NCBI RefSeq assembly: GCF_001194135.2
Contig: NC_068994.1
Coordinates: 201,440 to 265,439, forward strand
Reading direction: 5' to 3'
Origin: Octopus bimaculoides
Lineage: Eukaryota
Length of the DNA stretch: 64,000 nucleotides
A model generated the notes under the pieces. That model was not told the DNA's origin and made no database searches. It saw only the letters and a list, made by a program, of their open reading frames with translations. This document shows positions 37,699-50,999 of this stretch, piece by piece; the stretch's first letter is position 1, and every line of letters starts with the position of its first letter. Position numbers and translations under genes: made by a program.

Positions 37699-37850
37699 CG
37701 TGGTTAAATGGGAGAAGCCTTCGCCGACGAACATTTTCAGGTGCTTCCAGGTTGGCAGAAGAGAGGAGAAGCCTTACTCACAGGAGAACAAGAACGATTC
37801 CACCGACAGACTTTAAAAGTTTCCATCACTCAAATTTCACTGTCAACCCA

Positions 37851-38020
37851 GGGCCTTGAGTGGTAGCAAGAGGTGGGCCCTGAGTGGTAGCAAGAGGTGG
37901 GCCCTGAGTGGCAGCAAGAGGTGGGCCCTGAGTGGCCCTGAGTGGCTCAATTCTCAGACCGATGTGTGGCGTCCTTGAGCCAGGTGTTTCATTTTACGTC
38001 GCTCTCGTACATTCAATTAA
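37851..38020 (+). mobile_element. SINE-like fragment whose head carries a 24-bp unit (GGGCCCTGAGTGGTAGCAAGAGGT) x3
   Basis: Three 24-bp units at 37851-37922, then GGCTCAATTCTCAGACCG (B-box-like) and GTCCTTGAGCCAGGTGTTTCATTT (CORE-like). Confidence 0.6.
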
Positions 38021-38539
38021 TACCATCATCAGCCGTGAGTCAGCAGCATTGTGATGGAATAGTGCTCCGTCTAGACTCCAAATGGAACACTATTCCACTC
38101 TCTGGGACTCCAAGACTTTTAGGCGCCTAACAATACAACATTTCTCTCTAGACCCTAAAGGGGCATCTTGCACTGTCGGCCGCCTAAAAAGTCTTCCAGT
38201 TTCAGAGAAGCTACAATTTTATTAGTTTTTAGGTTCGGCGCAGACTTTACACTTAATTCTCTATATCGTGTGAGAGGTTATATGGCTTAAAACGCTATGT
38301 TTAAACCTACGTCTTATTTGAGACACTTTATTATTTAATACTTTATACTGTTTGATACTTTATATTAATTTATATTCGAACAAATCCCGATTTCATTTTC
38401 CTTGAGTGATTATGTGATAGACTGAGACACGTGACAAGTATTAAATATAGAACAATGGACAATGGTGGCCAAGTAAAATTGAAAATATTAGGTTTTAAAG
38501 TTAATTTATTTATATATATATATACACGCACCTCTCATT

Positions 38540-38596
38540 TACCCGTACACTTCTCATATACCCGTACACTTCTCATATACCCGTACACTTCTCATA
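38540..38596. repeat. 19-bp tandem repeat (TACCCGTACACTTCTCATA) x3
   Basis: Direct reading of the sequence. Confidence 0.95.
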
Positions 38597-39272
38597 TGTC
38601 CACTCAAAGACACAAAGGCAGGCAGCCATTAATCTATCTACCGAGAGATGTTTCATTCATTCATCAGAAGCTCGCACATACTCACTGCAAACGCACTGCC
38701 ATACGGATGCGAACACAAAGATGCATATGCCTACATACGCATACATACACATATACATACATACACTCACCAGAGATAATCACACATTGAAATATACAGA
38801 TACATTCACATACATTCATAAACCCTCTTACCACACACACACACACTAATCATACACGCACTCATGAACACAGAGAGAAACTGACACACGCACTCTCACT
38901 CACAAACATCCACTCACACAAACACATACATAAACAACCATATACCATACACATACACATTACACTGACTTCTCTCCCACACCCCGGGACTACCATACAA
39001 TCACATGACCAGATGGAAACACTTCAAACTTCATTTTCATTCATTAATTCAGTTTCCCTATTGATTTCCCGTTTTATTTTACAGTGCAGTATATAGAAAA
39101 ATATGTGTGTGTGTATATAGATATATATATACACACACACACACACACGTGTGTGTGAACTTGTCTACGTCAACATAGAATACAAATGTATATACATGTC
39201 ATAATTGCTGTAAAAATGTGTACGTAAATGTGAGTATATATTTAGATATTCACATCTCTCTTTCTCTTTTAT

Positions 39273-39320
<48 letters not shown>

Positions 39321-40449
39321 GCGCGCGCGCGTGCGCGTGTGTACTGCAAATCGAAACGTCACAAATCTTTCCATTGACCTTTCACAGAATGAAAACAAGA
39401 CTCCGAGTAANNNNNNNNNNNNNNNNNNNNNNNNNNNNNNNNAGATATTCTTCATAACTCTACATTCTCTTCCTCCTCCTCCCCCTCCTGACTGAGTATA
39501 TATCATTTACTCCTCCTCCCAGGCACACCGAACGGCGACAGTTAACTGCTTCATATATGTTTTCTCTGTCATATCGTTTGTTTCATTTACATTATGAAGT
39601 CATAGCAGTGGCTACCTGTTGAATCATTGAGCACTCTAAGGGATTAAATGTTCCAGTAAAATGAACGAAGATTATACTGTCTAGATTCATATGCATCAGC
39701 CTTCCGTGTGTGTGTGTGTGTGCGTGTGTGTGTGTGTGTACATGCGTCACACACATGTATACATTATATGAGTGAATGGGTGTGTATTATAGAAAAAAAT
39801 TTCAATGTTTTAAGAGTAAAATGTATTTATATACACGTGCCTGTAGACGCATTTTATACAGACTGACGACATATATTCATCAGTGAGAGGTACACACACA
39901 CACACACACAAACCTAGCCCCTAGATGTGCAGTTGATATAATTTGAAAAATACAAAGAATTTATTGATTAACACTCCAAACTTTCGACCATCTTCAGAAA
40001 ACATTCATTCTGCATTCTTAGAATGATTTAGAGACTTGCTTGAAATCACTTCCACGCACCCTCTCGCTCAATCCTGCATACACTCATCATGAAGAAGCAT
40101 TCTAAATATGGGCGGCGGGGAGATCAATAAACTTCCATTGTTCGTTTCCTCGTTTGTAGATTCATAAATAACCGTTTTTCTATTTTGGTGAGGAGGAGTG
40201 GGTTGTCGACCATCTTAGATCCCTCGAAAAGGGTCAAACTGATGCCGACGTCCAGTTTAAAATATTCCCAGTCGACAGTTGCTTGGAAACCATTAAAAAG
40301 ATTCTCAGATTCTCAGATGGAAAGAATGACTTTAGTGGTTTGTTGGAAGCTGTTGGTTTGCGGGAGCGACACAGTATGGATGACCTTTGAATTCTTCTTG
40401 AATTCTTCCTTCAACCAGAATCTTCTTCTAAATGTCATCAGTTTTGTCG

Positions 40450-40500
40450 GAACCATGTGGATGGTAAGCAAGCTACTTACCACACAGCCACTCCTGCGCG
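40450..40500 (-). mobile_element. Head-only fragment of SINE family B
   Basis: GGAACCATGTGGATGGTAAGCAAGCTACTTACCACACAGCCACTCCTGCGC is nearly identical to 15141-15191. Confidence 0.85.
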
Positions 40501-40517
40501 TAAACGACATTATTACA

Positions 40518-40597
40518 AACATCCTTACTAATGAACATCCTTACTAATGAACATCCTTACTAATGAATATCCTTACTAAAGAACATCATTACTAACG
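40518..40597. repeat. 16-bp tandem repeat (AACATCCTTACTAATG) x5
   Basis: Direct reading. The last two units are diverged. Confidence 0.93.
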
Positions 40598-40619
40598 CTT
40601 ACAAAAATTAATATTAACC

Positions 40620-41560
40620 TTTTACATTTCATTATCAACGAATCTAACCATGCCATTCTTGCCTAAACATCAAAAGTACAGGTGAAATTATAGATTAAGG
40701 AGTACTTTTTCACCCCGTTTAGAACCGAACTAAATATTATTAACAAACGTATTTTTAGGCGGAATCAACCTCAATATAAGAGCTTTTCAGTCATAAAGTC
40801 ATTTAAATCCATCCATGACAAACACAACTTCACATAGACATCCTCAATAATTATCTTTCCTTCACTAAACTATTATTAAAAAGTTTTTTCAACAGAAAAC
40901 GGCCTCAAAATTAAGCTGCATCTTACAAAGTCTGGACATTTTTCAAAAATGTCTTGGTCAAAGAATAGCACAAAACTTTCCCCTAATTTGCATCGAGTAT
41001 AAAATTCCCACAAAGTCTCTAATTTTATTAATTGATTGATCTCTCCCTTAATTACTTTAACGAGCTAAACTTGGTAACTACTACTGATACCAATGTTAAA
41101 CTAGTTACATTCCTAGAGAGTTCTTTAAATTTAGAAAACAATAAATTCTAGCCTGACCATAAGGCAAATGATTCTAAAGGAAGAGACCGAAATTCTAATC
41201 AATCACTATGATGTATCCCTAAGAATCGATGAGACAATTCAGGCTAAAGAAACTCTCTTTATTAAATGACAAAATATCATTGAATAAAGTAACAAAACAG
41301 TATTGTAACATCGGGGCATTGAACTACTTTAAAGAACAAATCCAGGCTGAGTAAAAGAGGAACCGTAGATGAAAGATGGTGTTGCACAAGTCGCACCTTA
41401 TTTAATATCAGCAACAATCTTGACGAAATATTTCTAAAACTTGTCCGCATTTATTTTCCTATAAGTCATAAATAGAGAACGTCTTTACCAAAATTCTATT
41501 AAATTTCGTTAAAACAATGTCTTCAGTAAATAATACGAAGCACAGTAAATATATTGAGTT
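40620..41560 (+). mobile_element. Penelope-like element, heavily decayed RT region
   Basis: Colinear frameshifted motifs NQ...SVIKSFKSIHDK, IDILNNYLS..KLLLKS, NVKLVTFLESSLNLENNKF*PDHKAND...SNQS, SGH and NLDEIFLKLVRIYFPISHK correspond to PLE NQW.NT..VI.WF / FDI..FYPSI / V.FLDVTLNL / PY.KPN..SNHP / IGK.FL.L...HFP..HK. Confidence 0.7.
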
Positions 41561-43654
41561 AAACGTGTGCCTTACACGAAATTCTTGCTTACTTTAAGAC
41601 TCGTACGTTTATAAATTTATCATCAATTCAGGAACTGTTCAAATACAATCGTCATCCGAATGGTCACACACACGTACTGGCTTAACCCAGGACGAATTTA
41701 AACTTAAATTCAAACAACATAAATAACGAAACTTGTTGAAGGAGAAAGTTTTTGGAGAGCATTCAGCATTGCAATAGATTTATTAAAATCTACAATATTG
41801 AAACTTGGCGTAAAATTCGATACCTTTTAGATTTGCGGTCGGAATCCCTCTCACCGTTTTCATATCTTCCCTTTTCTTTGTACTCACGAAAGTATTTTTA
41901 CAATTCTATACGAATATACATTTAAAGCAAAATACACATTTGTCACCATCATAAATTTCCTTCACCCCCCTCCCTCCCTTAACTCACTCTATCGTTTAAG
42001 TGCCATTTATAAACAAGTAACTTCCCTGAAACTCTCACATGAATTTTTAAATATTCTATTTCACTCCCTCTGTTATATAACACACGCACACAAGTTTCTA
42101 TTCTACACTTATAAGACGCGCACACGCTTGAGTGCCAATACGCACGCGCACACACACGAGTGTTGTTATCGTCACAACCATTGACAGTCGTATGTTGACA
42201 AGAAATCTATTGTTCTAGCGTTCACACAAAATGTTTCAATTCCAAACTACATCCCCGTCCCATCCATTCAGTTTTCCCCCCGTCAATAATAACCAATGTT
42301 TACATTTTGGGGTTTGAGCCAAAGTAATTATAATAAAGACATAAATTATGAAGATTAACAAGATTACGAATTGTTCATACATTAGTTAGTTATGCGTGTG
42401 TATGTGGGGGGCGGTGAGTATCTGGGTTTAATACAAATACATGTAGACAGAGGCAGACAGCTAGACTGGCAGACACACAGACAGACAGACTGGGATGTGT
42501 GTGTGTAAAAATTCTGATAAGATGGGTCTGTCTTTCGCTCCCACGAAACTTTAAGTCACATGGAGCTAAGTCAAACTGTTTTTTTTTAAAGCCACGTTCT
42601 TTCGTTTGTTCATTCACTTGTGTTTGTGTGTGTGTTTACATACACACATACATAATATGTATGTATGTGTATTATGTGCATGCTTCACCTAAACCTCTTT
42701 ATTTTCGCATTTGTTTTCTATTTGTCCTTCAATTACAAATCTACCGAATTTATAACTTTACGACAGAAATAGCAGCCAAAACTTCCTGAAATCACATCCT
42801 ACCACCTCAAAAGAAAAGGAAAGGCACATTGCAAAATATAATAATAGACACATAAAAAACACGAAATTGTCAGGGCTGGAAAGCCTTTGATGATGGATAT
42901 ATTCAACCAGAGCGCAGCTTTGGAGATAAATAACTACAGAATTTTAAGGGAATATTTGGGGGGGGGGTCATGGTGTCCCTGCCTTTCTCGTTGATTTTTA
43001 AGGAAAATTTGTTGAAGGCTGGAGTCTCATGTAGATGACGTTCATACCTTAATAGGAACACATCTGCACCCAGTTCGATTCCATCCTAAATTAAACTTCG
43101 CTTCTGTTTAAGGGGTTTCATAATGTTAATGGTCTAGTCAGAGGGGAAATAGAACATTATTCATGTCCCCATTTTTAGAACCTCCAGCATTTGTGAGAAT
43201 GAGTGCGGAGGGGTCATGCACAAAACAGAGCGCTTTCCACAATGTCCACACTGTCGATTAACCACTTCCCCCCACTTAAGAGCCAGATTACGTTGAAAAA
43301 CCAGGAGACTAGTTAACCCCATAACCGAAAACAAGCACCCTGGCAGGCTTCCACACAATTTCTGACTACCAAGTTGCTTTCTGAAGGCCTGGTCGATCTG
43401 AAGTTGTGTTAGATAATGCTTAGCCGAGCTACTGAGCTGATCGAAACGAAAACCGCGTAAAAACAAACTCATTAACTACGCCCCATCACACATTTCCTTA
43501 CATTATAAAGAATTTGAAAATTACAAAGCAAAACCAAAAAGTTCAAACAACCCTGCATGGCTTACTTTAACGATAAACCCATCACAGGACCAGTCCAAAT
43601 TTTTTAACACACAAAAGAAAAAACGAATTATTTCATTGCTAAACATGCAGATGG

Positions 43655-43905
43655 CTGCTGTTAATAGAAATTTTAACTCACCGGTTTCAAAACCCCGTAA
43701 AACTAAAGTTTTAGGCCCAAAAGACTTAAGGATGGCAAGGGATTCCCTTACACACAACTTGCACTTATTAATATTAACTCTGAAATAAGGGACTCTCGAT
43801 ATAACAGACCATTTAAGAGAATACCTTTTATTATTCCTCTTTAAACCATGTATGCAAGAGGCAAGTGTAGTAGAGTTACAGTAGTTTTCGTTTGAAAACG
43901 AATTC
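43655..43905 (-). mobile_element. Penelope-like GIY-YIG endonuclease C-terminal fragment
   Basis: ORF 43521-43922 includes NSFSNENYCNSTTLASCIHGLKRNNKRYSLKWSVISRVPYFRVNINKCKLCVRESLAIL...KFLL, matching the PLE ST.LS..IW.LK...I.W...C.LC..E...IL motif. Confidence 0.85.
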
Positions 43906-44185
43906 GTGTAACCGCACTCCAAGTTTTCTAGCTATGCCGAGATCACGCAGATTCTGGCATATCATACCATGATCCACTTTATCAAAAGCTTTTGCAAAAT
44001 CAAAGTATATTGCTTCCACATTTGAGTTGTTGAGTAACTGCCTCAACACCCAGTCATAGTGCTGTTGGAGCTGAGTCAGGCAGCTCTTACCTGGTCGAAA
44101 ACTATGCTGGGTATCACTCAGCAAGTCGTTTTCTTCAAAGAATGCGATTTCTTTCCCTCTGACTATTCGTTCCATGACTTTGCTT
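43898..44185 (-). mobile_element. CR1/L2-type LINE RT fragment (domains 2-3)
   Basis: KVMERIVR...FFEENDLLSDTQHSFRPGKSCLTQLQQHYDWVLRQLLNNSNVEAIYFDFAKAFDKVDHGMICQNLRDLGI is a canonical Q.GFR..SC.TQL / YLDF.KAFD.V.H RT segment. Confidence 0.92.
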
Positions 44186-44186
44186 T

Positions 44187-44218
<32 letters not shown>

Positions 44219-44892
44219 TATATATATATATATATAAAGTTATATATTTTTATATGCATGTATGTATAAGATATATGACTTTATATATGTATGTGTGTGT
44301 GTGTGTGTGTTGGACCACCAAATGAAGCAAATTACCCTGCTATAGAAAATGAATAGGCTTTGTACAAAATTAAATTCCTCCCAATTCCTTCTGAAATTAA
44401 AATTCTTCACTCTAGATGAAAAATTCTTCCCAGAGGGCGCCAAGTGTCTCCCTTTTAAGCAACATTGCTAGAAACTATTCTATAAAATACTTTCTGATTC
44501 TAGGGCTCCAGCTCCCATTCTATATCATCTGCTTCTCTCTTTTTCTCTCTCACTCTCTTACACACACACACACACACACCATCTCCCTCTTTCTCACTCG
44601 TTCCATTTCTATCTAGTTATATATATGTGTGTGCGTATGTTGTGTGTGTGTGTGTGTTGTGTAGTTTTCCGGTTCAGTGCCCTGTGCAGTCCGTTGTACA
44701 AGTATGTCCCAGTCTAAGCTTATCCCTCTGATGTCATCTGATTTTGTGATCCTGGGCTGAAATATCAAAGACTCAATAATTGACGAGCTCTTAAATATTG
44801 CACCAGTGATTGAGTGCTTCTTCTTCTTCCGTTTGCAAAGAGAAATGTATGCACACGCATACACGTTCATTAACATTATATACATTATATAC

Positions 44893-44973
<81 letters not shown>

Positions 44974-45080
44974 TACCTATATCATACCTATATGCGCGTA
45001 TACGCATGCATACATGTGTGTTTATTCGTGTATATTCATCATCAACTACCTTCATCTGGAATAATCTAAAATGCAGCATA

Positions 45081-45152
<72 letters not shown>

Positions 45153-45339
45153 GTTCCGTCTCTCTCCCTCTCTTCCCCATCTCTCTCTCTCTCTCCCTCT
45201 CTAAACAACTCCACTACATCCACCCATCCCCAATACCCGAGAAATTCCATACTCCCTTCCCACTCCCCTCCCCATACATTTCCCACAACTCCCACTTTAA
45301 AGAATATCATATTAATTACTGTTCTTACTGTTGTTATCA

Positions 45340-46035
45340 CAGCTGTTACCGGACATGACCACCACAAAGATGATGATGATGATGGTGGATGTAATGGCGG
45401 CGGTGGTGGTGGCGGCGGCGGCGGCGGTTCTGATGAACACACCAAGGCCCATTTATAACACTACAAACCATTTACCGCACCCCTGCACCGCCCCCACCAC
45501 TACAGTTATGTCATTGTATAATTGATAATTCACACAAATCTACTCCTACCCTCCCTTTTCCCCACACTCCCATGTTTCACTCTCATCGCCACTACCACCA
45601 CCACCACTGTCGCATTCACAACCACCAACCTCATCAGCACCATCATCATCATCATCATCGCGACCACCACCACCTCGACCATCAACATTATCATCATCAA
45701 AACCGTTAACATTACCTCTACCACCATCGTTACCACCACCACCACCACCACCACCACCACTACCACCACCACCATTCCAGCTACCAAACTGACATCAATG
45801 TTATCAGTGATAAAGAGTTCGTTAAAAGCTCTCTACACGATCTCCCCTCCCAGAACATCGCAAACTCACATCCAAAGGTCAACCAGGGCAACTGTTCTTA
45901 TTCGTCGCAGAAGATTTATTGCGAGGAAAGAGGATGCTGCAACTGCGAAGCATGACGTTGATGACGGTGGTGACGACGAAATAGTTGATGACGATGACGA
46001 TGATGATGATGATGACGATGATCGTGGTGGTGATT
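45340..46035. repeat. Low-complexity trinucleotide field ((GAT)n, (GGC/GGT)n, (ACC)n, (ATC)n)
   Basis: Direct reading. This field gives the poly-T/I/D pseudo-ORFs. Confidence 0.9.
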
Positions 46036-46049
46036 TTTAATTTAATGAC

Positions 46050-46620
46050 ATTTTTTATTGACCACAGGGGCATCTAATGAGGGGACCATCACAAAAGAGA
46101 GGTTATATTTTGTGTAAGTTTTGATATAAAATCTGGTGGTACGAAGAAATGAGATAAAAACAAAATCTCTCAAATATGACAACCCGTGGATAATGCAGTC
46201 CTCCTAAGAGAAGAGTGCCTGAAAATAGAGCCAAACAAGGGACACATAGAATCCTGCCCTCCAAGAGCACAAGCTGCTGCTCTCCAATCTATGAGTGCCT
46301 TCTTTGAGTAGTTCTATTCTCCCTAACACTTTTCGTTCTCCTCACTCTCGCTTTTCTTTCTTGAATGACGGCTCAACCGAAGAAGAAGGAGTCGTGGTTC
46401 AGTGCGTTCAGCCTCGTCCACCATAAAACCTCTTTTGCTATCAGACAAAGGAAAATTGCCTGTTCAGCCTTATTAAAGAAGGGCAGTGGGGCGATCTTCA
46501 CGATGGATTTAGTGAACCAGCTTGATCCTGGATCCGTCCTACGCACAACACCACCTCTCTCGCATCCCTCTACAAATCAGCTCAAACACTGCACAAATGT
46601 GTCCAGTATGATTTCGTTGC
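46050..46620 (-). mobile_element. L1/Tx1-clade LINE 3' end (ORF2 C-terminus, 3' UTR, poly-A signal)
   Basis: Minus frame SIVKIAPLPFFNKAEQAIFLCLIAKEVLWWTRLNAL..DSFFFG...RKARVRR is a Tx1-type C-terminus. It ends CCCCTGTGGTCAATAAAAAAA, with AATAAA at 46054-46059. Confidence 0.75.
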
Positions 46621-46684
46621 TCTGCGCACATCTCAAATAATTCTGACGAGCGGCATTATTAATAAGGATGCCACAAGGACAAGG

Positions 46685-46855
46685 GATTAAGTTGATTACA
46701 TCGACCCCTGTGCATAACTAGTACTAATTTAATCGATCCCAAAAGGATGAAAGGCAAAGTCGACCTCGGCGGAATTTGAACTCAGAACATAGCGGCAGAC
46801 GAAATATCCCTAAACATTTCGCCCGGCATGCTAACGATTCTGCCAGCTCACCGCC

Positions 46856-46858
<3 letters not shown>
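46685..46858 (-). mobile_element. SINE family A, near full length, next to (AAT)n
   Basis: Minus strand GGCGGTGAGCTGGCAGAATCGTTAGCATGCCGGGCGAAATG...TTCTGAGTTCAAATTCCGCCGAGGTCGACTTTGCCTTTCATCCTTTTGGGATCGAT. Confidence 0.92.
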
Positions 46859-46898
<40 letters not shown>

Positions 46899-49343
46899 CA
46901 ATAACAAGATCAAGGTAAATGAAAGCGACGGTGGTGGTGGTGGTGGAGGGTGGCTTTGTTAGTTTTCAGAGACTTAAAGTGATCATTGTCAACTTGTTTC
47001 CTCAGTTTAAAACAAAGAACTAAAAGCTTTGGACACCTTCAAAGTATTATACCAGTGACCTAAGTGGGTTCATTGATAGCCCTACAGATCAATATGTGCC
47101 TATTTTGTATTCTATGTTTCAAAACTACCGATCCTTGATTTGCGATATGTCACTAAGTGTTTATTAAGTCCCGGTTGGCCGCGCTAACCAGTGATGTGTA
47201 TCAATACAAACGTGTTACCCGTTGGAATAGGCTTGAGGCAGATTCGAACCCGAAAGAAGAAAGTCATCCATAGAAAGGTGTAAACATCTCTCTCTCTAGC
47301 GAAAAATTTTCTTCATGAAATACAACGAATAGCTTTCTTCCGGTTTCGAATATGACTCAAGTATATCTGAACTGATGACATGTTTGTATTTAAAAGTTTC
47401 CTGTCTGTAGTTTTAGGGATTTCCCATAGACAAAGATGAAAGATTTCCAGAAACTACTTCTGTCATTGAAAATTGATGCCAAGTCAAATGTTGAGAGAGA
47501 AGGTTTGCTGACTGCTGCTGGAATCGGTAACTTGATATTTCGAGTGAGAACTTCAAGTGTCGTAGATGTGCGTTTAATCCTTATTAAAGTAAAATACAGA
47601 AAACCGACATTCTTGGAATATCAGGTGTCCGAACTTACAGATAGACGCGAATCGAAAAACGAAACTCTTATTAATTCTTAGGCTGAAGGTGAAAAACGGT
47701 TAGAAATTTTCTAAACGTTAGCAAAAACATTAAGGGTTGCCCTACATTTGAAATTTTCATAAAATAAAAGGCAGAAACCTGAAAATTTAGGACATTCAAT
47801 ACACATATCATACATCAAACTATCAGACTATTAAAATTTAATTTGGGAAAGCGGTGGGTGGGGAGTTCAAAAACTAATTTCAAGTCTGTGATCAGGGCAT
47901 TTAGATTCAATTATGTTCAGCCACTTTTGTTGCTGAAATCAACAAAAACTGAAAGTTCGTCCACCAACTGGCTTCAATTCTTCTGGAAAGTTAAACTTTA
48001 AAAAAATAAATACATACACACACACACTTACAAAGATATACGCATACACATACATACGTAGTTCTACATTTTATCAAGTGTAGTTTATCTTTAGAGTATC
48101 CTTTCTGTCACTTCAAATAACATGTATTCCTCGCTAGATAAAAAAACAATTCACTCCTCCTTCCCTAAGATAACTACCCCTCCTAACCCCCAAAACTTCA
48201 TATTGCATCCAAAAATTGACCCACTAAAATATCCAGTAACAAGGAAACGGCAACCTAGGGACCTTCAGCAGCAGAAGTATATAATTATTGCAAGATATAT
48301 TTTCACTTTTATCAACGACACAAAACTCCTAACGAAAATGTTAGATCTTACAATCTCTGATTGTTCGTAGTTCCCAAAGCACTTAACTTTATCTCTTGTG
48401 ATGCAATAATAATAAATTTCAGTCTCAAGACTATAAAATAGTTGATCTCTGATCCTCTGCTAACCCTTCTATGGGGCCCAAATCAAATCGCGATCTGAGA
48501 TTATTCAGTTCTCTCGTATAACTTGTCTCAAACCACATCAAAGATAAAATCTTTCTCACACTGAGTAGCGAAGTCGACCTATTATAAACGGGTTTGTCTT
48601 TTTGATGCTTTTAATTAAGGATCTTGAAGTCTTTCAGTCTAGCACCCTATAGACACCTTAAATAAAGACTACACCACGTTAAATACTTTTCCTCTAAAAC
48701 AAAAATCTTGTCACCATTTAAATTGTCGTTAATAGATGTTTCCCTCAATTTATTGGCAAATTTACACAAAAATCTTCAGAAAACCTGACATATATATTAA
48801 CACGAGCTTCTCGACCCTACCCATTAATTTTCAAAATCTTAATAAATATAAACAAAAGACTGTCAAGTTGAGCATTTAAAAAGGATATCCTCAACAGTGG
48901 GACAGCGGATCTAAACAAATTCAACTGTAACCCCAATTCCTGCATCACTCCAAGTTAGAAACAGACACAAAAGTATCATCTGGTTTTTTGTTGAAAGCCC
49001 GAAACGTTGCCCATGGAACTCTGAGTTTGGCATTTTGTCCGACGATAATGATTTAACAAGAAAACACGAAACTTTCTTCCATCGCTCACTCACAACAAAT
49101 CAAAGCTAGAAACATGGCGTAACTTAAATTTTCAGTTTCGATTTTATTTTATTCCTCTTTGTATTGAGTACTTTATTTCGTGACTCTTTGTTAACATATA
49201 TTCAGGAGAGTATATATATNNNNNNNNNNNNNNNNNNNNNNNNNNNNNNNNNNNNNNNNNNNNNNNNNNNNNNNNNNNNNNNNNNNNNNNNNNNNNNNNN
49301 NNNNNGTACGTTTCATATTATGCAAAGCTCTGCACATTGAACG

Positions 49344-49382
<39 letters not shown>

Positions 49383-49470
49383 TAAAGAGACACAGAAAGG
49401 GAGAGAGAAGGGAAGACAATATGAATATATGTGTGTCATACATATTTGCACGCACACATATCCAGGAACA

Positions 49471-49511
<41 letters not shown>

Positions 49512-50015
49512 GTAAAGTTAATCTAAAAGTTGATGTGATAAGAAAAAAAAATCAAATTGTTATATGAATGGCAAGAAAATGAGAATTTGTTATTGAGAAG
49601 CAGTGGGAGCTTGAATAACTACAAGGAGGCCGGAGTGTGGATGGAATGAGATAGAAAGATGAGGGCGATAAAGGAGAGGCAAGATGGCGGAGGAAAGAAA
49701 AGAGGAAACAATGTTGCAAAGACAAGGAGAGAGAAAAAAAAATGAGAAATTGGGAGAAAAGAGACAAGAAAATGGTGGCGTAAAAGATTAATTCAATAAG
49801 AGTCATGTGTAGAAGGTTGGTAGGAAGGAGAAGATGAAGATTAAAGAGTATTGAATAAGGTGATGCATGATGGCGAATTTCAAGTTATTTCAACTATCTA
49901 AAAAAATGTATGGTGGAAAAATACAAAGAAATGTAACGGTTAATTTTGTAGAAGAGACGGCGAGAAGATGAAAGATTAAAAATAACAGTGACAATAACAT
50001 CATCAACAACGTGTA

Positions 50016-50072
<57 letters not shown>

Positions 50073-50999
50073 CAGCAATAGCAGCAGCAGCAGCAAAAAC
50101 AACAACACAATAATTGATAAAACAATAATAATAATAATTGATGTTGGGTCGAAAGAGTGCAATAGGAATTTGGTAAATTCCGCGGAAAGACTGATTTGCT
50201 CAAAGAAAAGTTGATTGAGAAAGTTGGTAGGAAGAATGAAGGTCTACGCCTGAACCTTGGCATTTCACCTCATCCGAGATCATGCATTTGCGAGATTTGG
50301 CAGACACATTTTGATGGGGTCACATGAGTTATATGTGATCTTGTCTAGCCAGGCTTACAGCAGTATATTACAATATACAACATGAATGAAGACTCAACAA
50401 CGAAAGAGAATTTTACGATATATATATATATATAAAGAGGGGAGAGAGAAAGAGAGAGGGAGGGAGGGAGAGTATGGCGAGAAGATGGGGGTGAGAGCGG
50501 GTGATATTCATGGGTTAATACAACATAATCTTTTGAATTTTGTGGCTCATCCAATATTTGCTCTACTCAAGTTTTGGGTTCGAATGCTCTTCGCAGTGGT
50601 CAAATATGGATCGTGTTAGAACAGAAATAACCTCCAAATAAATAGAGATATGGCTGACATAGGTATAAAACAAGTTTAGTACAGCTCCAGAAAATAGGGG
50701 TTATTAGGGGACAGCAAGGGTACTTAGGAGGGTTCTTGGTTACTTGCTGTAGCCCGGTGTTAGGAATTTTTCTCTTCCAACAGTCTAATCTGTCGTTTGT
50801 ATATGAATAATAATAATAATAATCGTAGTAGTAGTAGTAGTAGTAATTGATGATGATGATTATAAAGATGATGATATCAGAAATATTTCAAGACAAGACA
50901 ATGCTGAAATATAATCACACAAAAAAGGGGACTTTTTATCGAATAAAAAGTTGTCAAAAAATAAATAATAAAAACGTCACTAAGAAAAATTCTCGAATA

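Noticed and set aside
37700-37816. EKPS/EEKPY motifs suggesting a C2H2 zinc-finger linker
   Set aside because: No CxxC or HxxxH residues and no 84-nt periodicity.
38625-38670. Minus-strand CTGATGA-ATGAAT-GAAAC...GTA as a minimal hammerhead
   Set aside because: Stem II is 1 bp, stem I is at most 2 bp, and stem III is not palindromic. Likely chance in a low-complexity context.
39975-40000. Minus-strand CTGAAGATGGTCGAAAG as a hammerhead
   Set aside because: Core-like words are present but stems I-III and a cleavage triplet cannot be formed. At most it is a decayed remnant.
47436-47681. 81-aa ORF, and a minus-strand GTAAGT...TAAG 59-nt mini-intron
   Set aside because: No recognisable protein motif in any frame, a very short intron and a weak AAG acceptor.
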